IMG/VR virus record: IMGVR_UViG_3300049144_000095
Span: 187,160 to 251,159 of that record
DNA from: a virus
Lineage: Duplodnaviria > Caudoviricetes
DNA: 64,000 nucleotides
Reading direction: 5' to 3' (one strand)
Shown here: one piece after another, positions 18,832 through 29,200 of the stretch
Position numbering within the stretch: position 1 is the stretch's first letter
How the letters are laid out: every line of letters starts with the position of its first letter
Translations under genes and position numbers: made by a program
Notes under the pieces: model-generated
What the model was told of the DNA's origin: nothing
Database searches by the model: none
Seen by the model: only the letters and a program-made list of their open reading frames with translations

Positions 18832-19320
18832 ATGAGGGTGCAGCGCTCCAGCAACGTCAACGCGGGGCACGGCGTACAGGACTACAGCAACGGCGACAGG
18901 GCGGCGCTCCTGTTCATGCGCACGGGTGACGAGGAGGTCTTCGCCGCCCTGTCCAGGGTGTTCGCACTGCATGAAGCGCCTACCGTCGACCTGTGTCACG
19001 CAGCCCCTGACCCTGACAGGACTGCCGGGGGCTGCGTGATCCGCAACAACGGGATCCTCGTCACCATCCAGTCCGTTGTCCATCCGTCCGCCCGCAGCGG
19101 CGGACCGGGCATGTACGGGTTGAGTCTTGACTTGACATGGGGGGAGACGTCCCCGGTGTGGACCGAAGCGGCCCTGAAGAACGGCTACGTGACGGCCTGC
19201 CTGATTTCCGAGAGTCGCTACGAACGGGCCACCTCGCTCAACGGCGACGGCCGCAAGGTCGTGGACACGGCGAAGATTCCGTCGGTGCCCGTGCTCAAGC
19301 TGGGGGCGTTGCTCGGATGA
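18832..19320 (+). CDS. hypothetical protein
   Basis: GGAAAGGGAAGGA RBS. Confidence 0.55.
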   Translation: MRVQRSSNVNAGHGVQDYSNGDRAALLFMRTGDEEVFAALSRVFALHEAPTVDLCHAAPDPDRTAGGCVIRNNGILVTIQSVVHPSARSGGPGMYGLSLDLTWGETSPVWTEAALKNGYVTACLISESRYERATSLNGDGRKVVDTAKIPSVPVLKLGALLG

Positions 19321-19694
19321 CTGCGCCGCGAAGCATGGACATCGCCGACTACCAGAACGAGGTCACGGATCGCGCGGGCCCCCCGAGCGGTGGCGCTCCC
19401 GTCGACATGAGCGAGCCACGCCGCGTGCTGACCTGGAACGGCCAAATCCTGGGCGGGGCGTCCAACGGGGAGGGCCGCAACGACTGGACGTCACGTCGCA
19501 ACGTCACGGTGCATGTGGCAGTGACGGGCTCCGGCTATGCGTACGGTGCGTCCGTTGCGGCGTGCAACGGATCCGTGGAGCTGGGGTACCAGGCTGAGCT
19601 GTGCGATCTCGTGAAGATCTCCGAGGTCGACACCGGCCTGCTGTGCCGCCGTCCGGCGTGCCGCGCACTGAGGAACCTGTCGACCGAAGAGTGA
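19317..19694 (+). CDS. hypothetical protein
   Basis: ATGA overlap with upstream gene; LCRRPAC near end. Confidence 0.55.
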   Translation: MTAPRSMDIADYQNEVTDRAGPPSGGAPVDMSEPRRVLTWNGQILGGASNGEGRNDWTSRRNVTVHVAVTGSGYAYGASVAACNGSVELGYQAELCDLVKISEVDTGLLCRRPACRALRNLSTEE

Positions 19695-19800
19695 CTACCG
19701 TCACGGCCGTACCGTCCAGTCCTGGACTCTCAGCGGAGCCGTTCACGGCGAAGCTGAACTCAATGCGCCGCAGTCCGTGCGGCCTTCGGAAGGAGAAAAG

Positions 19801-20070
19801 ATGCAGCCCACCGTCATTGTTGCGTTCGTCAACACCCGGTCGACCCCCGAGGAGTCCATTCGGCGCCTGGTCCAGGCGACCAACTACAGCGACACCATGC
19901 TGTCCCACAGCGCCCTGCGGACCCTGGTCGCGCTCACTGCCATGGCGCACCCCACCCACAAGGAGGGTGACATCGTCTCGCAGACCGTTCCGACGGCGGA
20001 TCTCGACCAGCTCGAACAGCTCGGCTTCATCGCGAAGCCCGAGGACTCGATCGGAATCGAGCTGATCTGA
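19801..20070 (+). CDS. small helical protein, paralogue of 20188 gene
   Basis: GGAAGGAGAAAAG RBS; PEESIRRLVQA..LSHSALRTLV..LEQLGFI. Confidence 0.65.
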   Translation: MQPTVIVAFVNTRSTPEESIRRLVQATNYSDTMLSHSALRTLVALTAMAHPTHKEGDIVSQTVPTADLDQLEQLGFIAKPEDSIGIELI

Positions 20071-20187
20071 CGGACCATGTGACGGGAGCCACGGCCCCGG
20101 TGCCCACTACTGGGCACTGCTGGAAGCGCGGTGCTGCGAGGGTGGTGCAGTCGCCGCGAACGGCGCGGCTTCCGGAAGGAGAAGGCG

Positions 20188-20448
20188 ATGGGTGCGGTAT
20201 CGGTCGAGGTCGCAGGCTTCCTCAACGACGACAGCGTGGAGGAGTCCCTGGGGCGGCTCGGGCAGGCGGCTCTCGGCAGCGGCATCAGTGATGCCGCCCT
20301 GAGGTCCCTGGTCAAGATCACCTGCCGGGCGCACAACGTGCGGGTCGAAGGCCTCGACACCCACGGCATCGACGAGGAGCACCTGGAAGAGATGCGCAGC
20401 GTCGGCCTCATCTACCGGCCGAGCCGCTGCCAGGTGAAGATGGTCTGA
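20188..20448 (+). CDS. small helical protein, paralogue of 19801 gene
   Basis: GGAAGGAGAAGG RBS; VEESLGRLGQA..ISDAALRSLV..MRSVGLI. Confidence 0.65.
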   Translation: MGAVSVEVAGFLNDDSVEESLGRLGQAALGSGISDAALRSLVKITCRAHNVRVEGLDTHGIDEEHLEEMRSVGLIYRPSRCQVKMV

Positions 20449-20520
20449 CGCATCACCACGCGAGGCCGCCCGGTCATCCACTGGGCGGCCTCGCCGCACA
20501 CCGGAAAAGGAGAAGGAGCG

Positions 20521-21234
20521 ATGGGGATTCACGTACACAAGGCGATCGGTTACGGCCTGACCGACATGGCCTACAAGGACTACAGGATCACCGACCCCCG
20601 CATCAACACTGGCAGTTTCCTGCTCGGCGGACGGGAGGTGCCTCCCGTCGAGGATTACATCGCCTTCGTCGAACGCACCACCTCCGAGGGTGACTTCGAG
20701 GCCCGGCTAGAGGCGGGCATGCTCCGTGAGTACGAGGGTGCAGACGTCGACAGTCAGGAGCTGTGCATCTGGAAGGCTGAGTACGGCCTGCCGGAGGTGC
20801 TGCTGCTCCGGCCCTTCGGCTGCGCTCGATGGTTCAGGCGCGACGATCCGATCGACGTCGAGGAGGAGGCGATCCGAGGTACGACCATGGAATACCGCGT
20901 CGAGCGGACGGTCGGCAACATCCACCCTTACGACGGCATCTACATGGACGTCCGGACCGGAGAACGATTCGTCGGTGACCAGGCGACTCGGGTGAGGGCG
21001 TGGCGTCGCGTCATCAACGCACCTGTCGGCGAGAAGCTAACAGAGGAAGGCCGAGCCGACCTTCTCGACAAGATCGCCAAGGTCATTGGCTACAAGGACC
21101 ATGCCGAAGCCGAACAGCTTATTGCTCCCCTGGTGCCCGACGAGGTCCGGCGCATCTGCGAGTGGGGCGAGCTGTTCACCTCGCCCGACGTCTGGCGCCA
21201 GCTCCGGCCCATCCTGTACACGTACTGGGCCTGA
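20521..21234 (+). CDS. phage-type hypothetical protein
   Basis: Strong RBS; begins HVHKAIGYGL, ends PILYTYWA. Confidence 0.75.
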   Translation: MGIHVHKAIGYGLTDMAYKDYRITDPRINTGSFLLGGREVPPVEDYIAFVERTTSEGDFEARLEAGMLREYEGADVDSQELCIWKAEYGLPEVLLLRPFGCARWFRRDDPIDVEEEAIRGTTMEYRVERTVGNIHPYDGIYMDVRTGERFVGDQATRVRAWRRVINAPVGEKLTEEGRADLLDKIAKVIGYKDHAEAEQLIAPLVPDEVRRICEWGELFTSPDVWRQLRPILYTYWA

Positions 21235-21765
21235 GGTCAGGGCCGTCAACTCGCAAGCAGTAAGGGGGAAGTGTGATGAGCGAGTCCAACGAGACTCACA
21301 AGTTCAGTCAGCCGCTCACCGATGAGGAGGAGCGACGGCTGGCGGCTGAGGCGGGGCAGCAGTCGATCGCGGGCTGGTGGAACTCTTCCTGCGGCTTGGG
21401 CCGCCGCCTTCCAGTGACGCGGAGGCGTCCGAGTGGTCCATCCGTGCAGACAGAAGGGCCCGAACCATCACAGTTCGGGCCCTTCTGCTGTTGATCACAC
21501 ACAAAGGCCCACCCCGGTACCACGGGATGGGCCTTGTTGACCTTCACCCATTGCAGGGGCGGCGGTCGGGTAACCCCCCTAGCCGAGGGGTCACCGGCGA
21601 TTCCTTAGGGGAAATCTGCACCAGCATACCAGTCACGTCCACAGACTGGTAGACCGAGAGCACTTTTGCTGTTCCGTCGCGGCTGGTTGTGCATCCGGTC
21701 GATACGGCGTTTCTGAAGCAGCATCACCTGGCTGGCGACACTGATGAATCCGCAGGTCAGAGGCG

Positions 21766-21788
21766 TTGTCAGTGGTGCCCTGTAGAGT
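21766..21788 (+). promoter_or_regulatory. RecA-NDp/PafBC-type DNA-damage promoter
   Basis: TTGTCAGTG-N8-TAGAGT matches the actinobacterial consensus tTGTCRgtg-N8-TAnnnT. Confidence 0.7.
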
Positions 21789-21828
21789 GGAAACATCACT
21801 GAAGGAGTGCCGGAAAAGGGGTAGGAAC

Positions 21829-22983
21829 GTGACCACTGACGTCCTGAAGAACCACCGTGTGAACCACGTAGCTCTCGTCATCGACAAGTCCGGGTCGATG
21901 CGTCAGCACGAACAGACCGTCATCCGCGTCGTGGACGAGTTCGTGAAGGGCCTCAAGGAGGAGTCCCGGGAGCGCGTCGACCCGTCGACCGGCCGCAAGG
22001 TGCCCCGGCAGGAGACGCGCATCTCGCTGTACGCCTTCGACCACACGGTGGAGTGCCTGGTCTGGGACATGAGCGTGGAGGATCTTCCCTCCATGCGTGA
22101 CGTCTACCGGGTCCAGGGCGGCGCCACTTCGCTGATCGAAGCAACGGTCCTCTCCCTCGACGACCTGGCCAGCGAGGTCTCGCAGAAGTACGGCGAGCAC
22201 AGCTTCCTCCAGATCACCTGGACCGACGGAATCGAGAACGCCTCCGGCTGCTCCGAGACCGGCCACATGCACTCCTCGCCGGACGGGTACCGGGTCGAGC
22301 GTCCCGACCAGCTCAACCACTGGAAGAAGCGCATCCAGACCGCCATGGCGGAACTGCCGGACAACTGGACCTCCGCGATCCTGGTGCCGAACGTCCTTTC
22401 CAAGCGCAAGGCGCAGGAGTACGGCTTCCCGTCGGGCAACATTTCGATGTGGGACGCCGAGACGACTCAGGGTGTCGAGGAGGCCATCGGCACCATGAAG
22501 GCGGCTGCCACGAGCTTCTTGCGGGGTCGCGAGCGGGGCGTACGCGGTACCAGGAGTCTCTTCGCGGTCGGCCAGGATCTCGACGTGGCCACGGTGAAGT
22601 CGGTTCTCACGCCGCTCGACGGCTCGAAGTACAAGCTGCTCGACATCAAGGACACCGACCACGACCGGGAGATCCGCGATTTCGTCGAAAAGCGGATGCC
22701 CGGGGTCACGTACAAGCAGGGCATGGCGTACTACCAGCTCGGTCCGCGCGTGACCGTGCAATCCAGCAAGGACGTCGTGGTCCTCGACACCGAAACCGAC
22801 CTGGTCTACGGCGGACCGGACGCCCGTGAGCTGCTCTTCGGGGGCGCCGGGCGTGACGGCGGCTCCCTGTCGGTGAAGGCGGGGCAGAACTCCAAGCTCA
22901 AGGTGTTCGTCCAGTCCAAGAGCGTCAACCGCAAGCTGAAGAAGCTGACCGGCGACGACACCAAGCTCCTCGTCATGCTGTAG
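21829..22983 (+). CDS. von Willebrand factor A domain protein
   Basis: HVALVIDKSGSM (DxSxS), T-SL..A, TDGIEN MIDAS elements. Confidence 0.85.
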   Translation: MTTDVLKNHRVNHVALVIDKSGSMRQHEQTVIRVVDEFVKGLKEESRERVDPSTGRKVPRQETRISLYAFDHTVECLVWDMSVEDLPSMRDVYRVQGGATSLIEATVLSLDDLASEVSQKYGEHSFLQITWTDGIENASGCSETGHMHSSPDGYRVERPDQLNHWKKRIQTAMAELPDNWTSAILVPNVLSKRKAQEYGFPSGNISMWDAETTQGVEEAIGTMKAAATSFLRGRERGVRGTRSLFAVGQDLDVATVKSVLTPLDGSKYKLLDIKDTDHDREIRDFVEKRMPGVTYKQGMAYYQLGPRVTVQSSKDVVVLDTETDLVYGGPDARELLFGGAGRDGGSLSVKAGQNSKLKVFVQSKSVNRKLKKLTGDDTKLLVML

Positions 22984-23231
22984 TCCCGCACTCTTGCGTT
23001 CGCGCCCTCCCCCTCTTGGTTCGAGAATTGAAGAACAAGCGAGCTGGATTCCCAGGCACTTGAGGTTCTTCATTACAAATCCAGTGGTGGGTGAAACCTG
23101 AGGTAAAGTTGCAACCGGCGAGGGTGACCAGCAGCAGCCGTCTTTCGAGGGGAAGGCGGCTGCTGCTTTCTCTTTGATCCACATTGCCCCCGGCAGCGTC
23201 TACGCTGCTCCTATAGGGAGAGGGGGCTCGA

Positions 23232-26200
23232 ATGCCGCTGCCTGCTGAGCGCACCGTCACAGGGAAATACGTCAACCCGGTTACCGGCGAGCCGTATGAC
23301 GGACGAACTGGCGAACACTATGTCATTTTCGAACCCGTTCCGGACCGGTGGACCGATCAGGCGGGTAACCAGATCCTGCTCGGTGGTGGCCGGGTCAACC
23401 TCGACGAGACGGGCTCATTCGCCGAGGATGTGGTGTGCACCGACGTGGATGACGTGCTCCCCGAAGACGGGCGGCTGTGGCGCCTCAGGCAGTACGTCGG
23501 CGGCGCCTGGTCCGTGCAGTACCTCCAGGTCCCCACGGGCAGCGGACCGATCGACATCACCGACGTCGGATCCGTCGACCTGTGCGGCATCGAGTACGTT
23601 CCCGTCCCGGGTCCCCCCGGTCCGGCGACGGAGGTCACGGGTGTCGCCCCCGTGCAGGTGACGACGCAGGCGCCCGGCAAGGCGCAGGTGTCTCTGGAGC
23701 CCGGCGCGGAAGGACAGGTGCTGACGACCGCTGACGGGCAGGCTCAATGGGTGAATCCTTCCGGGGGTGGCGGAAGTTCGACCTGGGGCGGCATCCTGGG
23801 GACACTCAGCAATCAGGCAGACCTCAAGGCCGCCCTCGATGCAAAGCTGTCGGCCTCACTGGCGGGCGCCGCCAATGGTGTAGCGAGCCTGGATTCCAGC
23901 GGCATGGTTCCGCTCCCTCAGCTTCCCAGGGGCGGCCCGCTCGGGCTGGCCACGCTTGACGCTACGGGCAAACTCTCTCTGGGTCAGCTTTCGTCGGACA
24001 TTCCTGCTTCTTACGTCAACTCCGGCACCCTGGATTCGGCTCGCATTCCGGATCTCTCCTCGCTCTACCTGACGGCATCCCAAAAGGGCTCGGCCAACGG
24101 CGTGGCCAGTCTTGATTCCTCCGGGAAGGTGCCGAACTCCCAGCTTCCGGCGGCAACGCCCCTCGGGATGGCAACTCTTGACGCCGACGGCAAACTCGTT
24201 CAGACCCAGATTCCGGACACCGACGCAGCCAAGGTCACTTCGGGGGCTTTCGATCCTGCCCGTATTCCGGACCTTTCGAGTGCTTACGTCGCCGTCACCG
24301 AGGTCGGCGCAGCGGACGGAGTGGCCTCACTGGGGTCCGACGGCAAGGTCCCGGCGGGCCAACTCGACGTGATCACGGGTGGCCTGGACACGGCGACCCT
24401 GTCGGGCGGCAACATCCGCCCGAATACCGTCAACCCCCTCGCCATCGACATCGACCCACTGACGGGGCGCATTGTCGACTATTCGACAAACCCGCCCACT
24501 GTCACCGACGTCCAGACCGATGACGTGATCACGGTCGAGCTGGACTCCATCGCTCAGGAGCGGGGTATCACCTGGCTCCTCATGGGCGCTGACCACAGTG
24601 TCTTCCAGCAGGAAACCCGGCCGTCCCCCGAGGACCGCCGGAATTTCCTCGTTCTGGGCTTCGTGCTCCAGGACGGCGGTTCCATCGTCCTGGCCCACTC
24701 CATACCCACTGTCATCGAGCAGCCCGTCAACCAGCTCTACGACCTCCTCGACGCGATCGGGGCCTTCAACCTCTCGGGCAACAGCATCAGCCCGAACGGC
24801 AACAACCTGATACTGAACCACGAGCCGGGCCGCGTCTTCTCGCGGGGATGGAACTACTGGGACGGCTCCTCCCGCACCAACAGCCCGCACATCGTCTCCA
24901 CGGTCGGCGCCATTCCTGCCTCATGGGTGCACGTCACGCGGGACGGCGACATCAGTCCGGCATCCGCCACGGCCACCGTTGACGTCGGCCACTACGACCT
25001 GGACGGCGTACTGACCCCTGCCACGGAACCCGTGGTGCACCAGCTCTACGTTTTCCCGACGTCCGACGGCTCCGAGATCCACGTCCTCCAGTACGGCCAG
25101 CAGACTTTCGCTTCACTCGACGATGCCGTCCGACAGGCAGCAGCGGCACCCATTACGGTCAACCCCGCCCTGCCCGGCAACGCGGTTCTGCTGGCCTACC
25201 TCGCCGTCTCCCCCACCGCCACCGACCTGTCCGATCCGGCCCAGGCCCAGGTCATCATCGCGTCCGCATTCGGAGGTTCCGGCGGCAGCGGCGGTGGCGG
25301 GGGCGGTGGGTACGCCCAACTCAGTGGCGCCGAGTTCACCGGCCCGGTCGGCAGCGTGCGCGAGGAGTCCGACTCCATTGCCGAGTACGCCCGCACCACC
25401 GCCGACACCTCCCACCGCTTCCGCAGGCTGGTGGACGGAACGCAGCAGTGGGGCAGTGGATCTGCCCCCATGGATGCCGAGCTGCGCCGTCTCGCGGCTG
25501 GACTGCTGGCCTTCCTGGACACGGACGTCCTGGTGGGGCAGGACGGTGCGAAGGCTCTCCGTCTGAGGCAGTCCGGAACGAATGTAGGAGTCGACGCCTC
25601 GGCGGCCGACCTCTTCGTGTCCGTATGGGAACTGGCCGGGTTCGCCGGGGCGCAGCGTACGTACCTTCGGCTGGAGGCCACGGCGCAGCTCGCCCACGCC
25701 ATCGGCACGTGGGCTTTCGCGGCCGACAGCGACGGTTCCGCCGTGCACACGCTCGATGCGGCCAACAACAAGCTGGGACTTCACGGCGCCACACCTGTCG
25801 CCCGGCAGACCGTGAGCGGAGCCCGTTCCACCGGTGCCGCCCTCCAGAGCCTACTTCAGGCACTCAACCTCGTCGGCCTCATCAACGACACCTCCACCGC
25901 CGGGCCGGACATGGTCCAGACGGTCAACGGGGAGAGCGGTCCGGACGTCACGCTCGACGCGGCAGACGTGGGGGCCGACCCGGCCGGATCGGCGACTGCG
26001 GCAGGAAGCGCTGCCGTGTCTGCGGCTGCGGCGGACGCGGCGACGAAGTACACGCCGCTGACGGACCCCCGCCTGACCGACTCCCGGACGCCCGTTGCTC
26101 ACGCGGATACCCACGCTTCAGGCGGAACCGATTCGCTGACACCGGGCGCGATCGGTGCCCTCTCGGCAAGCCAGAAGGGCACCGCCTCCGGCGTAGCCAG

Positions 26201-29200
26201 CCTGGACGCGGGCACGAAGGTGCCGGTCGCCCAGATACCGAACCTTCCTGCGTCGCAGATCAACAGCGGAACGCTGGACGTCGCGCGGATACCCGACCTG
26301 TCGTCCCTGTACCTGGCCGCCAGCAGGCTGGGTGCGGCCAACGGTGTCGCCTCCCTGGGTGCGAACGGCAAGGTGCCCGCAGGGCAGCTTCCCGCGTCGA
26401 CCGTGGCCAACGTGAGGGACTACGGGGCCGTCGGTGACGGCACGGCCGACGACACCACGGCGATCCAGGCGGCGATCAACGCTGCCAACGGCGTGGGCGG
26501 CGGCACGGTGTACCTCCCCCGGGGCGAGTACAAGATCTCGTCCGCCCTGACCATCTACAACCACATCGCCCTCGTCGGTGACGGTGACTACGTCACCAAC
26601 ATCGTCCAGAGCAGCACGACGGCGCACGGCCTCGTCGGCAACAACCTGTCCTACGTGACGATCAAGTCGCTCCGCCTCACGGGCCCGAACAGCGGCAACG
26701 GCGAGGGCATCGCTTTCATGACCGAGTTCGACTACTGCATCATCGAAGACGTCACGGTCACGAACTTCGGCTCTACCGGCATCGACATCGAGCAGCCGAT
26801 CGTGAGCCATTTCGTCAAGGTGAAAAGCCGACTCAACGGCGGCGCGGGCTTCTACATCCACGGCACCGGCTCCGGCGCGGGCACCTCACTCTCAATGGAC
26901 GCCTGCTGGGCCCACGACAACGTGAGCAACGGCTACAGCTTCTACAACATGACGTACTGCTCGCTCAACGCTTGCGCGGCGGACAACCAGATCAACTCGG
27001 GCAAGTCCGGCTACCTGCTCAACACCTGCATCGGCTTCAACCTGTCCGGCTGCGGCAGCGAGAACAACAACATCGGCGTCACGTTCACCGGCGGCGGATC
27101 GCACGTCGTGAACGGATTCTTCAACTACAGCAACCCCTCCGGCGGCATGGGGTTCTGGGTCACCGGCGGGGCCAGCGACATTCAGTTGAACGCCATCAAC
27201 GAGAGCGCCCCGAACGCGAGCGCCCTGAGGTGGGTGCAGGTCGACACCGGATGCTCGGCGACCGTGCGCGGATCGTCGCACACCACGGCGGATCAGTTCG
27301 CCAGCGGCACCACCGTGCGCTACTCGAACGCCTCCGGCACCGAAGCCGTCGCCGGGTCCCGCGCCGCAGGCCAGAACCTCGTCGTCGGCGCAACGGCACC
27401 ACTGGGCGACAACGGGGTGGGCGAGATCCAGGTCGCCAACGCCACGACCGTCCCCACCACGAACCCGACGGGTGGCGCCACGGCTTACGCCCAGGGCGGT
27501 GTACTGAAGGTGCGCCAGGCGGACGGAACGGTCGTCACCGTTCAGAATCCGCCGGTTACCTCGGTCAACGGCAAGACAGGCGCCGCTTCGCTGACCGCTT
27601 CGGACGTCTCGGCCGTTCCCACCTCGGCGGTCGGTGCGGCCTCGGGTGTAGCGTCGCTCGACTCGGGAAGCAAGGTGCCCACCGGGCAGATCCCGGCGCT
27701 TCCCGCCTCGCAAATCGGGTCGGGCACGTTCGCCACTGCCCGGATCCCCGACCTGTCGGCGACGTATGTGGCCGTCAGCCAGAAGGGTGTGGCCAGCGGC
27801 GTCGCCACGCTCGATGCGAGCACGAAGATCCCTACCGCCCAGATCCCGGACCTTCCGGCTTCGCAGATCAACAGCGGTACCTTCGCCGTCGGGCAGATCC
27901 CCGATCTCTCCTCGGTCTATCTCGCCATCGGACAGAAGGGCGCGGCCAGCGGCGTTGCCTCCCTCGACGCGACGACGAAGATACCCGTCGCGCAGATACC
28001 GAGTCTTCCCGCCTCACAGATAAACTCCGGAGTCCTCGATCCTGCCCGCCTCCCGGACCTGTCGGGCACGTACGTGACCACCGGTCGGATCGGCGCCGCC
28101 AGCGGCGTCGCCTCACTGGACGCGGGGAGCAAGGTTCCGGCCGCGCAACTGCCGGATCTGTCGTCGACCTACCTCGCCACCTCCGCCGCCGGAGCCGCCA
28201 ACGGGGTCGCCTCCCTCGACGCGACGACGAAGATACCCGTCGCCCAGGTGCCCAGCCTCCCCGCCTCGCAGATCGCGTCGGGGACCTTCGCTGCCGCACG
28301 CATCCCCGACCTGTCTGCCGCCTATCTCACCGTGGCACAGCGAGCAGCGGCCAACGGCGTCGCATCTCTGGACTCCGCATCCCAGGTCCCCGTCGCCCAG
28401 ATCCCGAGTCTGGCGTACCTGCCCAGCGCTGGCGGCAACCTCACAGGACCCATCACTTCCACCGGGGCCTCGGCCGCCGCCATTCTTGTGGCCGGAATCG
28501 TCTCTGGCGACGGCTTCGATCGTTACCGCCTGACGGCCGACGGAGGTCAGGCCTGGGGGTCCGGCGCAGCAGCACGTGACACCACGCTGCGCCGCTCGGC
28601 GGCCGGTGTCCTGGCCACCGACAACACGTTCGCTGCTCTGACCGGTCTGCAAGTCGGCTCCGTATCCACGGATTTCGGCGGTGGAGCGGGCGTCGTCAGC
28701 ATCAAGAACGCCACCACCGTACCGACCGCCAACCCCACCAACGGTGGCATCCTCTACGCCCAGGGCGGCGTACTGAAGGTGCGGCAGTCCGACGGCACTG
28801 TGGTGACGCTGCAAAACCCGCCCGTCACCTCCGTCAACGGATCGACCGGCGCGGTCTCCGTCACCCCGGCCAGTATCAGCGCGGTGGCCACTTCCGCCGT
28901 CGGCGCCGCCAGCGGCGTGGCATCCCTTGACTCCTCGTCGAAGGTGCCGGTTGCTCAGATTCCCAGCCTCAGCAGCACTTACCTGACGGTCTCGCAGCGC
29001 GGCGCGGCCAACGGTGTCGCCAGCCTCGACGCATCCAGCCTGGTGCCGACATCCCAGCTCCCCGACCAGAGGGTTCTCGTCGGAGAAACGGGTCGGAAAT
29101 ACCGTCTGCTCAGCGGTGTCATCCGCAACACCGGCAGCGGCTGGGCCTTCATCAACGACACCGGTCACCAGCCCTCCGGATTCACCGGCGTTACAGCCAC

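Noticed and set aside
21273-21652. small gene or frameshifted gene before the vWA promoter
   Set aside because: Two competing frames, both crossing strong hairpins (near 21453-21487 and 21504-21536); cannot choose a product reliably.
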